From Lentisphaeria bacterium (GTDB lineage: Bacteria > Verrucomicrobiota > Lentisphaeria > JABSQK01 > JAWLHB01): a DNA stretch of 64,000 nucleotides. The notes under the pieces are model-generated. The model worked only from the letters and a program-made list of their open reading frames with translations, ran no database searches and had not been told where the DNA came from. Of this stretch, positions 1 to 9,350 are shown piece after piece. The stretch covers positions 1 to 64,000 of the forward strand of contig JAWLHB010000023.1 in the NCBI GenBank assembly GCA_041690595.1, in the 5' to 3' direction. The translations under genes were made by a program, and so were the position numbers. How positions within the stretch are numbered: the first letter of the stretch is position 1; every line of letters begins with the position of its first letter.

Positions 1-325
1 TCTCGGCCTCACCTCCGGCCCCCAGCGCCCATGAGCAAGCCATCGAAATCCGGGCGACCAACTTTACAGACGCCTGAGCCTATCCCACTGAGGTCTGGAG
101 ACAGGGAATGATCTTCTGTATGAGGGTGGCCATCTTTTCACTTTTCGAGATGTTGGTTCAGGGCTGAGCACGCAATCTGCCTGACACCTTAGTATCACTT
201 CTGAAGGGCCGTCAAGAGGGGCAAGCCGTCCTGCCACGAAGGATATTTTCCGCGGTGGTTGTTTTCGTCACTTTTCTGCCGTTACATTTCAGCACATCGA
301 CTTACTACTTATGGAGTACCATGCC

Positions 326-1129
326 ATGACCACCGCGACACACCTGCCGCTATCCCCACTGCCGGAGGCGGAGATGGATCACATCCTCGCCGAGTTTCAC
401 CGTGACGGCTATTGCATCCTGCGAAACGTGCTCACCCCGGACGAAATCGAAGCGCTCATCACCGCCATCGACCGCATCTTCATCGATGAACGCTTTGCCG
501 CCAATCGCCAGGGCCCCTTCATCGCCGTACGCCTCTTCGAGACCCACCCGATCTTCGAACAGATGCTGACCCGCGAGCCGATCATCACGCTGGTGGAGCG
601 CCTGCTCGGCGACGATTGCCACCTCATCGCCGAGAACGCCGTGCGCAATCGCCCCGGCGAAGCGATCAGCCAATTTCATGTTGACGATCTGCTCATCTTT
701 CCCGTTGCCGAGGGTATGGACCGGCATGATCCCCGCCTGACGATGCCCGTGCATGTCCTCACCGTGCAGATGCCCCTGACGCCGGTGCACGAGCTTGCCG
801 ACGGTCCCTCGCAGTACATCCCGGGCAGCCACTATTCCGGCCGTCAGCCGAACGATTCGGAGCATCCGGATTTCGAGGGGCGCCAACCGGTATCCATCTT
901 CACGGAGCCGGGCGACCTCTACCTGCACAATGGCCAGTGCTGGCACCGCGGCGCCCCCAACACCAGCGAGAAGACCCGCTACCTCTTCCAACTCAGCTTC
1001 AGTCGGCGCTGGGTCTCGCAGCGTTTCTATCCTTTCGTCAACTACCAGCTGCCACCCGGCGTCTATGAACGCGCCGACCAGCGCCGCCGCCGCGTGCTCG
1101 GCTTCCATACCAAAGGCGCCTACGGATGA
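326..1129 (+). CDS. Phytanoyl-CoA dioxygenase (PhyH) family Fe(II)/2-oxoglutarate oxygenase
   Basis: FHRDGYCILRNVLT N-terminus, HxD (FHVDD), distal His and Arg in WHRGAPNTSEKTR. Start moved to ATG 326, which follows GGAG. Confidence 0.88.
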   Translation: MTTATHLPLSPLPEAEMDHILAEFHRDGYCILRNVLTPDEIEALITAIDRIFIDERFAANRQGPFIAVRLFETHPIFEQMLTREPIITLVERLLGDDCHLIAENAVRNRPGEAISQFHVDDLLIFPVAEGMDRHDPRLTMPVHVLTVQMPLTPVHELADGPSQYIPGSHYSGRQPNDSEHPDFEGRQPVSIFTEPGDLYLHNGQCWHRGAPNTSEKTRYLFQLSFSRRWVSQRFYPFVNYQLPPGVYERADQRRRRVLGFHTKGAYG

Positions 1130-1260
1130 TGTACCGCGGCGTGCACTGGATGCACACCCGATCATGACGAATCACGCTCATCGCGCTCAGTGAGATGTCT
1201 GGCAGCAAAGCTGCAATAGGCAGATGTCAGCAGTTCAGAACAAACCCAAGGAGCCCGATC

Positions 1261-4200
1261 ATGCGTTACCTGCTAGCCGTCGCCTTGCTTGCCGCCCTGT
1301 TTGCCCACAGCCAGGAGAATCTCCAGATCGACGATCTGGAGAGATTCACCCACCCGAAGCTGGGGCTCCAGATCATCGGAGGGAATGTGATGCTGCCCTA
1401 TGGCGACTACCGGGTGGAGTCGACGGAGCTGGGGCCGGCCTTTCTCATGCCGGCCGCAACCATAGCAGCAGAGCGAGGCGAGCGCTACAGGGCTATCGTC
1501 CATCAACGGCAGCTGGAGCAGGACGCTTACGATCTGCAAAGCCCCTTCTTTTTTACCAGAGAGGAAGAGGATTACCACGAAAAAGCGCTCGCCGAGTTGC
1601 TCCAGTCTGGCCGCTTCGCCGTCCTCCCCAACGTAAGGCTGGAAGGCTTCAATGCAAATGTGGAGCGGCAGCTCTATGTGGTCGAAATTGCACCACGCTT
1701 TGACGATGGCAAACACTATGTCCTGTACAACACAGGGATGGTGGAGCGGATCCCGATCGACCAGGAACTGCTCGATCGGCATCAACTGAAGATAACACCC
1801 CAGCAGTCGGGCACCGTCGTCAGTCTGGCAGGGCCGACCTCTTTTCGCTTTGTCGCGCAGATCCTCCCGGATACCCCCACCACGGTGCGAATAAAGCTGT
1901 CCAGCGGCCATGACGAGATGGGCTCCCGCCTTTCGTGTGTCCTCGATGTCCCTGCGGCAACTGACGGCCAGGAGGTGCTCTTTACCGAGTGGGCGACGCA
2001 GCGGATCGGCGAGCTGGCTTTGATCGATTATTGGTACCCGACCGTGGTACTCGACCAGTGGCAGCGGATCTACGCCCAGGCCTACAGCGTGAAAGACTTG
2101 CCCGCCTCGGATCGCAATGACGCCAATATCCCGACCACCATGGCCATCCTGGGAGGAAGGGCGGCCCTGCGTGAAACGCTGCAGCTGCAGAACCTGCGAA
2201 CGCAGCAGAGCATCGAGGAGCGCACCATCGACATTGGCGCGGTCCCCGGAGTCCAGGTAAAATCGCACCCCTACGAGCAGATGCTTGCCGGTACCCCCGG
2301 TGGTTCCCTTCCCATTGCCGACCTGGTCCCCCGCGACCGCTTCTTCGTCTATTTCGCACAGCCGCGGACGATGATGAGCTTCCTCGACTACGGGCAGGAA
2401 TTCCTGCGGCAGACAGGCGCGCTGACGACCCGTAGCGATCTTCGCTATGATCTGGCCGACGACTACTTCAGCCACCTCGGCTTGACCGAAGAGTGGGTGC
2501 GCATGCTGCTGGAGCAGGACGTTGTCGAGGAGATCGGCCTTTGCCTGCCCGATCTCTTCCTGATCGATGGCACCGAGATCACCGCCATCGTCCGTATCCA
2601 GGGGCTGCAGGCCATGATCGCCCCGCTGCTGCGCCTGGCAGGCGTCACGGGGCTGAGCGATGGTGCAATCAGCGAGAAGCAGATCGATGGCGAGCGGAGG
2701 AGCTACTGGGCGATGAGTGGCAACTGGCTGCTGATCGGCACTCGCCGGGAGGAGGTGCAGCGGGTGCTTGATCTGGCTGCCGATAGCGGTGAGAGCCTCG
2801 GTCGCAGCGCGGAGTTTCGCTACATGCTCACCAAAATGCCGCTGGACGAAAGCACGGAGGCCTTCGTCTACTTTTCCGATGCCTTCATTCGCCGCCTGGT
2901 CGGCCCGGAGATGAAGATCGGGCAGTTGCGGCGACTGCAGGCCAAGGCGGACATGGAGGCACTGACTGCCGCCGCCCTCCTTTACCGCGCCGACGGCTAT
3001 ACGGAACCTCTTACTCGGGAACGGCTGGCTGGACTTGGCTTCATCGATCCGCGACTCGCCGGCCCGGACTACATGCTGGACGACGATCTGCGAACGGCAT
3101 CGCGCCTCTGGGGAAGGCCGGGAGCGATGAGCACCCTGCTTGAACGGCCCGTTCGCAAGATCACCGTCACCGAACAGGAGGAGTATGGCCTCTATGTGCA
3201 GGCTTACAGCCGCTTCTGGCAACAGTTCTTCGACCCGATCGCCATTCGCATCAACCGCAGGAGCCCGCTGGACCGGGAACTCGAGCTGTTCATCCTGCCA
3301 CTCGTCGCCAACTCGCTATACAACCAGACGCGGGAGATTCTCGCCACCATGCCCGGGGCTCCACCGCTTCGAGCGCCGATATTCTCACCGGAAGCGGTCC
3401 TCACGGCCTCGTTCAACCTGAAAGATCCAGCCTGGCAGATGATGTTGAGCCAGGCAGACAAGGTACTCGAGTCCTTCTCCGTGGATCCCGCGATTCTCGA
3501 TGAGCTTGGCCCCAGTATTCACGTGGCAATCAAGGACGCTGACCCGATCATCACCTTCGGCAGCGGCGATCTCTTTGGCGTCATGGACATGTCCGGCCGC
3601 GGCATGGGGCGGCAGGCAATGGTCATGCTTCCGATCTTCGCCAGTTTGCTGACCCGCCCGGCCCATGTCGCCATTGATTTGCGGGATCCGGGAGTGGTGG
3701 CGGGTATGTTGCATGCTGCTGCCTTGAGCATGAGTCCGAACGCGGATCACGATGTGCATGTCGATCTTACCCAGGTGGGCAATGATTCATCCTGGATGCT
3801 GACGTTGAGCGTTGCCGGCCTGCTCAAGCTGCGCTATGGCATTGAGGTCAAGGGCAACTACCTGCTGCTCAGCAATGTGCCCTGGACCCAGTGGGAAACG
3901 TATGCAGGCGAACGGGTGGACCTGCTTGCCAGCGCCGCGATCAGCGTCATGCCGAGAGCGGGCAGCCTTCAGCTTCCCAGTCTGCACGCAGCCGCCATGG
4001 AGAGCCAGGGCGACGCATCTCGCCACGGCATGGCGCACCTGCTGCCGCTGATGATGGCGGGTGCGGAGAGCGTGGATGAGGCGCAGAAGCTCCATCAACG
4101 GCTCTTCGGCTTCTATCCCGCTCATCCCCAGGGCGGCAACTGGAGCTGGCGGAACGGCATGATGACCAGCGACCGCTTCGGCACCTTCCGCGCCCGCCGC

Positions 4201-4335
4201 CAGCCCAAATGGTCGCCCGAGCAGCCATTCGGCCTTCTGCGCGACATCGACACCCTGACGCTGAGCATGCAGCTCGAAGACGATGGCCTCCGCAGTCGTC
4301 TCACCTGGCGCCTTCGCGCCCCCAGCGAGAAGTGA
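1261..4335 (+). CDS. Large secreted hypothetical protein (~1024 aa)
   Basis: Long ORF, AGGAG RBS before ATG 1261, signal peptide MRYLLAVALLAALFAHS. No recognisable catalytic motif. Confidence 0.8.
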   Translation: MRYLLAVALLAALFAHSQENLQIDDLERFTHPKLGLQIIGGNVMLPYGDYRVESTELGPAFLMPAATIAAERGERYRAIVHQRQLEQDAYDLQSPFFFTREEEDYHEKALAELLQSGRFAVLPNVRLEGFNANVERQLYVVEIAPRFDDGKHYVLYNTGMVERIPIDQELLDRHQLKITPQQSGTVVSLAGPTSFRFVAQILPDTPTTVRIKLSSGHDEMGSRLSCVLDVPAATDGQEVLFTEWATQRIGELALIDYWYPTVVLDQWQRIYAQAYSVKDLPASDRNDANIPTTMAILGGRAALRETLQLQNLRTQQSIEERTIDIGAVPGVQVKSHPYEQMLAGTPGGSLPIADLVPRDRFFVYFAQPRTMMSFLDYGQEFLRQTGALTTRSDLRYDLADDYFSHLGLTEEWVRMLLEQDVVEEIGLCLPDLFLIDGTEITAIVRIQGLQAMIAPLLRLAGVTGLSDGAISEKQIDGERRSYWAMSGNWLLIGTRREEVQRVLDLAADSGESLGRSAEFRYMLTKMPLDESTEAFVYFSDAFIRRLVGPEMKIGQLRRLQAKADMEALTAAALLYRADGYTEPLTRERLAGLGFIDPRLAGPDYMLDDDLRTASRLWGRPGAMSTLLERPVRKITVTEQEEYGLYVQAYSRFWQQFFDPIAIRINRRSPLDRELELFILPLVANSLYNQTREILATMPGAPPLRAPIFSPEAVLTASFNLKDPAWQMMLSQADKVLESFSVDPAILDELGPSIHVAIKDADPIITFGSGDLFGVMDMSGRGMGRQAMVMLPIFASLLTRPAHVAIDLRDPGVVAGMLHAAALSMSPNADHDVHVDLTQVGNDSSWMLTLSVAGLLKLRYGIEVKGNYLLLSNVPWTQWETYAGERVDLLASAAISVMPRAGSLQLPSLHAAAMESQGDASRHGMAHLLPLMMAGAESVDEAQKLHQRLFGFYPAHPQGGNWSWRNGMMTSDRFGTFRARRQPKWSPEQPFGLLRDIDTLTLSMQLEDDGLRSRLTWRLRAPSEK

Positions 4336-4554
4336 AGCTCGTGCCGGCACCTTTATGAGGAAGCAGGAAGCTTACTGGAAGATCCTCTCGCCGGCGTTTA
4401 TCGCCATCCGGGGAAAGGATGTGAGCCACCTGCGCCTGCAAATCGTCTGGCCGGATCAAAGCGGGCATGCGTAAGATGTGGGTGATTTCTTGCGCCGCCT
4501 TACAATAACTCTCCATCTGGAAACGTTCTTCTGGAAATCAGAGGAGACGGCAGC

Positions 4555-5961
4555 ATGACATCACCGCAAATGGACACGTCCTGGCAGCAGGCAAGGCACC
4601 TCCTGGCACGGGCCGGCTTTGGCGGACGACGGCAGGAGATTGACCGTTGGACTGGGTTGCGGCAGGAAGAGCGAGTGACCGAGCTGCTCGCCGGCCCATC
4701 GAGCATCGCCTGTACCCGGCCAGTCTGGCTGGATCAATCGGATCGGCAGGCGGCCAACCGGATGGCAAGTCGTGAGGAGCGCCAGGAAGAGCAGATCCAG
4801 AATCGCGAGTGGACGCGGGATCTGATCCAGACATGGCTCCACTCCATGGTGGCGGCGCCGGATCCAGCTGGCATGCTGCGGCTGAAAATGACCTTCTTCT
4901 GGCATGGACATTTCGCTACCCACATGCAGAAAGTGAAATCGGCGGGCCGCATCTGGCGTCAGCTCGATCTTTTTCATCGCGAGGCAATCGGCAACTTTGG
5001 TACCTTGCTCCAAGGCATTGTCCAGGATCCTGCGATGCTGATCTACCTCGACAACGTGCGCAGCCATCGCAACGCGCCGAATGAAAACCTCTCCCGCGAG
5101 TTGATGGAGCTCTTCTCGCTCGGCAATGGCGCCTATACGGAAGCGGACATACGCGAAGGCGCCCGGGCACTTACCGGCAACAGCATCGAAGGCAATGCGT
5201 TTCGCTTCCGGCCCTTTATGCACGACAGCGGAGACAAGACTATTCTTGGACAGGCAGGTATCGACAGGGCGGCGGATTTTGTCGACTGCATTCTGCAACA
5301 GCCAGCCTGTGCGCGTTTCGTGACGGCCAAGCTCTGGCGATTCTTTGCCGGCGAAACCGCCAGCAGCGCCCCGATCGAGGAGCTGGCATCCGTCTTTCGC
5401 CACTCCTCTTACGACGTGAAGCCCCTGTTGCAGGCCATCTTCAGTCATGCGGATTTCCATGGCGATGGCATCATGGGTAACCAGATAAAGAGCCCCTTGC
5501 AGTTGGTGGTGGGGACACTGCGAACGACCCAACTCGACGGTTTGCCGGAAGGTGCCATGATGCGGCTGATGGGCCAGATGGGGCAGATGCCATACCAGCC
5601 TCCGAATGTGAAAGGCTGGCCCGATGGGCGAGCGTGGATCGACACATCACGCCTGTTGATTCGCATGGCCATGGCCGAACTCATTCAGGCGCGGCAACTG
5701 CCGCGGAACATGCAGCGGATGATGATGGCCCGCAATGTCGCCACACTGCGTCTGCAACCCGATGGTCTTGTCGACACACACGCCTCACCAAGCCAACAGG
5801 TCGAGCAGGCATGCGCGGTCCTCCTGCCGATTCGGCCGCCAAGGGAGCTTCTGGATGACCTTACGGAGCGCCTGCGTACGGAGTTGCAGGCCGAAAGTGC
5901 CGATGCGTATCGCCTTCTGTGCGGTACCCTCATGCTGCTGCCCCAGTATCAACTCACCTGA
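4555..5961 (+). CDS. DUF1800 domain-containing protein
   Basis: HLLARAGFG, FFWHGHFAT, DPAMLIYLDN, PNENLSRELMELFSLG and PPNVKGW motifs; directly upstream of DUF1501. Confidence 0.93.
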   Translation: MTSPQMDTSWQQARHLLARAGFGGRRQEIDRWTGLRQEERVTELLAGPSSIACTRPVWLDQSDRQAANRMASREERQEEQIQNREWTRDLIQTWLHSMVAAPDPAGMLRLKMTFFWHGHFATHMQKVKSAGRIWRQLDLFHREAIGNFGTLLQGIVQDPAMLIYLDNVRSHRNAPNENLSRELMELFSLGNGAYTEADIREGARALTGNSIEGNAFRFRPFMHDSGDKTILGQAGIDRAADFVDCILQQPACARFVTAKLWRFFAGETASSAPIEELASVFRHSSYDVKPLLQAIFSHADFHGDGIMGNQIKSPLQLVVGTLRTTQLDGLPEGAMMRLMGQMGQMPYQPPNVKGWPDGRAWIDTSRLLIRMAMAELIQARQLPRNMQRMMMARNVATLRLQPDGLVDTHASPSQQVEQACAVLLPIRPPRELLDDLTERLRTELQAESADAYRLLCGTLMLLPQYQLT

Positions 5962-5975
5962 AGGAATTCGAAATC

Positions 5976-7202
5976 ATGCGTGCTTTCACTTCCGCCTTGT
6001 CACGGCGCGATTTCCTCCGTCACGGAGCCTGGTTGACTGCCGCCGCCGCCACGGTGCCCAGTTTTCTCGCCCATGCGGCTAAAGCGTTTGCCGATGGAAC
6101 CGCGCTGAACGATCATGTGCTGGTGGTTGTGCAACTGAGCGGCGGCAACGATGGCCTGAATACAGTCGTCCCCTTTGCCGACGATGCGTACTACCGTGCC
6201 CGCCCCACCCTGGCCATTCGGGCCGACGAAGTCGTCCGGCTGACGGATCTGCTCGGCCTGCATCCTGCTCTGCTGCCCCTGCGAGCTCTGTACGATGACG
6301 GAGCGCTTGCCATCCTGCAATCGGTGGGTTATCCCAATCCGGATCGATCCCACTTTCGTTCGATGGAGATCTGGCAAACCGGGGAACCTGACGAGGTCCT
6401 CTCCAGCGGCTGGCTGGGACGGCTCTTTGACCACACCTGTACACGTGGAGAAGCCGATCCCACGCTCGCGGCGTGCATCGATGATACGCTGAATCCTGCC
6501 ATCGCCAACCAGGTGGGCGTGGGCGTTGCACTGCGGGATCCGGAACGTTTTCATGCACTCGTGCGATTTGCCGCCGGAGAGACGCCAGGCCAGGCAGAGA
6601 CAAGCGGATCCGATTCGCCACTGGACTTCCTGCGGAGGACGGCCCTCCACGCGCGGCTGGCCGCGGAAAGCATCCGCGAACGCACCCGGGGCATACGCCA
6701 TCATGTCGCTTATCCCGACGAACCCTTTGGCCAATCTCTGCGCCTGATATCCGCCATGATTGCCGGCGGGATGCCCACCAGAATCTACTATGCCAGCCTT
6801 GGCGGCTTCGACACCCATGCCAATCAAGCACCCATGCATGCGCGCCTCCTCGACACTCTGGCCAATGGCTTGTCGGCTTTCCAATCCGATCTGCGTCAGC
6901 TCGGCTGTGACGATCGCGTTGTCACCTTCACCTTTTCAGAGTTCGGCCGGCGCCTCGCGCAGAACGGTTCAGGCGGTACGGATCATGGGCAAGCCGCGCC
7001 ACTCTTCGTGCTGGGCAAACCAGTGCGTGGCGGCATCATCGGAGAGCCCCCGTCACTGACCCGGCTGAACCGTGGCGACATCATCTATCAACACGACTTC
7101 CGCAGCCTGTACAGTACCCTTCTGGAGGAGTGGCTGGCGGCGGATCCTCTGCACGTGCTTGGCACCCGTTGGCCCCGACTGCCCCTGATCCGACAGACCT
7201 GA
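5976..7202 (+). CDS. DUF1501 domain-containing protein with Tat signal
   Basis: SRRDFLRH twin-arginine motif, QLSGGNDGLNTVVP, RSHFRSMEIW, GGFDTHANQ, SEFGRR...GTDHG. Confidence 0.93.
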   Translation: MRAFTSALSRRDFLRHGAWLTAAAATVPSFLAHAAKAFADGTALNDHVLVVVQLSGGNDGLNTVVPFADDAYYRARPTLAIRADEVVRLTDLLGLHPALLPLRALYDDGALAILQSVGYPNPDRSHFRSMEIWQTGEPDEVLSSGWLGRLFDHTCTRGEADPTLAACIDDTLNPAIANQVGVGVALRDPERFHALVRFAAGETPGQAETSGSDSPLDFLRRTALHARLAAESIRERTRGIRHHVAYPDEPFGQSLRLISAMIAGGMPTRIYYASLGGFDTHANQAPMHARLLDTLANGLSAFQSDLRQLGCDDRVVTFTFSEFGRRLAQNGSGGTDHGQAAPLFVLGKPVRGGIIGEPPSLTRLNRGDIIYQHDFRSLYSTLLEEWLAADPLHVLGTRWPRLPLIRQT

Positions 7203-7827
7203 AGAACCAACTCAGGCCGACATCAGCGCCGTGACGTGCCACGGCTCAGCTCGACAGGATGCGGCCCAGCGATCCCCCACTCGGCGAAAGGGGGCGAAGC
7301 GAATTCCACCTGTTATCTGTGCAAGGTATCTGGAGAATCAGCCTCAAGCTTCGGGACCAGAGGCGTCCGTCCTTAAGCCCGAGAACCCTGTTGCGTCAAT
7401 GCATTTCGTGGGGAAAGATCCGGGTCACCCAGAAGGCGGAACCAAAACGAACGAATTTCACACGAAGTGCTCGAAGTGCCTGGCGCGGCCGTTGGCCGCA
7501 ACCAACAGACCACTCAGTCCCCTGATTTTCGAGGCTAATGTTCAGAATAACTTGCACAGGAAACAAGATTCTGGCGAGTAGTAGTACGAAGGATGAGTTG
7601 ATATGCTGTAGACGTGACGGTCGATCAGTAGCATCGTTTGGTTGCAGTCAGAGACCGCGCCAGGTATACCCGGACAACCCTATCGACTCGATCCACTATG
7701 CCGACGGGACTTGGAATTACTTCCATTATGACAGTATCGTAAGCGGTAATGCGTTGTGGACACGACGGGCCGCGCGACCTTTCCTGAGATGTTGCCTCAT
7801 GACGTGGAAGTGACCATATGAGTATTC

Positions 7828-8364
7828 ATGATATTACATTGGGAAAACTCATTTCAATTAACGGCTTCCCTCATGATAATGTCTTTTGGCGCTGGAGTTT
7901 TTGTTTCGGTGCTCATCATGAAGGATATTGAAGCCAGACGACGCGAGCATTTCAAGCGTGAGTTGCAGAATTATCCGGAACCATTTGTCACCTATGATGA
8001 TGTTAAATTTTTCTATACCAGGATTTCATTGATTACCAACCTGCAAGTAATTGATATCACTGCAAATCAGCGATTTGATGATCTTTTAATGGTCGCAGAG
8101 GATTTATATAGATCTCGGCATAGCAGACTTATTATTTTGCTAAACTATGCTATTCCTATTGTCTTTCGTCCCTCTCTTGACCAGATTGGCTGGGACTTTG
8201 AAGACGTATCAGACATAACATGTGATCTTCCGAGAAATAGGTGTGAAACTGTAGGCGATTATGTTGCATGCATGAGCGCATACAGTGTCGCAGTCAAAGC
8301 ATTAAACAGAGGTCTCTCATTGAAGGATCTGCTTGATTCGATTGCCTCAAAAAGACATAATTGA
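7828..8364 (+). CDS. AT-rich hypothetical membrane-anchored protein
   Basis: 178-aa ORF in visibly AT-rich DNA with one N-terminal hydrophobic helix. Confidence 0.65.
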   Translation: MILHWENSFQLTASLMIMSFGAGVFVSVLIMKDIEARRREHFKRELQNYPEPFVTYDDVKFFYTRISLITNLQVIDITANQRFDDLLMVAEDLYRSRHSRLIILLNYAIPIVFRPSLDQIGWDFEDVSDITCDLPRNRCETVGDYVACMSAYSVAVKALNRGLSLKDLLDSIASKRHN

Positions 8365-8437
8365 GAAGGTTGAGTATATTTCGGATGTATGACAAGTTGA
8401 GAATGATTAATCAATTTTTCATTTTGGATCCAATACC

Positions 8438-8758
8438 ATGCGACTCCTGAGTAAGTGGCCGATTGCAGGCATAGCCGTTTTCATGTCGGTTCCGCTACTT
8501 CTATTATGTAGAATTCATATATGGCTCCCGTTGCTTACGTTTTCTTATGAGATTTTTTACTGGATAAACATTCACCATAAAGTAATTGGGATCCCAAGCG
8601 GTATTTTGTTTTTTGGTTCCGTCTTATCGTACATCGGAGGCGTTATTATTCTTGTCAAAGTACATCACTCTTATCGAAATCAACTGTTGGGAGTTGCCTT
8701 GGTTCTAGTGTTAATACCACTTGTATACTGCGCATATCTGTACCTATTTCAGGAGTAA
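8438..8758 (+). CDS. AT-rich small integral membrane protein
   Basis: 106-aa ORF with about three hydrophobic segments. Confidence 0.6.
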   Translation: MRLLSKWPIAGIAVFMSVPLLLLCRIHIWLPLLTFSYEIFYWINIHHKVIGIPSGILFFGSVLSYIGGVIILVKVHHSYRNQLLGVALVLVLIPLVYCAYLYLFQE

Positions 8759-9059
8759 TGCACGTCGTGGTAGATTTCTTCTGACAGCTCCGTATGGTAT
8801 CGCCAATCAAAGGGAAACGCATCCTCCTTGGAGCATCCCAAGACAGTTATGGCAGCGATCTCATCGGTTACATACCAAGCACAATCCAACCGACCGTGAA
8901 ATAATGCTGTAGAAAAAGTGGCCTCGTGGGCAAGACCAGCCATTGGGGGCAACGGCCGGAACAGGACCTACGAGGAGGCGAGGTGGCATGAGATGGCTTG
9001 GGCATTTGGGGAGCGGCGACGCAAATCGGGGGCCGTAGGGGGACGGACGTTGCCGGGGG

Positions 9060-9323
9060 TCAGGCCGATGTCATGGCGGTGACGAGCCAGGCCAGGCCGA
9101 AGCAGACAAGGAGAAGCGAAGCGCAACCGGCACCCTGGGAGAGCTTGGCGTAGCGAGCGGGATCCTTTTCCCGCAGTTGCGGAATGAGGGCATCGATGGC
9201 ATCCTTGGAATCCTTCAAGTCACAACCCGTCGCCGCTCTGTAGAGCTTGATGGCTTCGATCTTGCGACCGCCCGCGAGCGCACTCTCGATCTGCTCGATC
9301 TCTTGCGGAGTTGGCTCTCTCAT
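9060..9323 (-). CDS. Ribosomal L7/L12 C-terminal-like domain protein with C-terminal membrane anchor (not rplL)
   Basis: GRKIEAIKLYRAATGCDLKDSKDAIDAL resembles the L7/L12 KI.AIK..R..TG..LKEAK motif; hydrophobic tail; AAAGGA RBS. Confidence 0.75.
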   Translation of the reverse strand: MREPTPQEIEQIESALAGGRKIEAIKLYRAATGCDLKDSKDAIDALIPQLREKDPARYAKLSQGAGCASLLLVCFGLAWLVTAMTSA

Positions 9324-9350
9324 GGTGCTCGATCCTTTTTCGGTTTTTGT

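Noticed and set aside
77..220. Possible IS-end remnant (GAGCCTATCCCA)
   Set aside because: No matching second end or transposase found in the window.
7231..7620. Small ORFs and a possible degenerate attC (GGCTAAT...GAGTTGAT)
   Set aside because: No convincing coding signal; arms pair too poorly to call.
9060..9323. rplL
   Set aside because: Lacks the N-terminal dimerisation domain, has a TM tail, and is not next to rplJ/rpoB.
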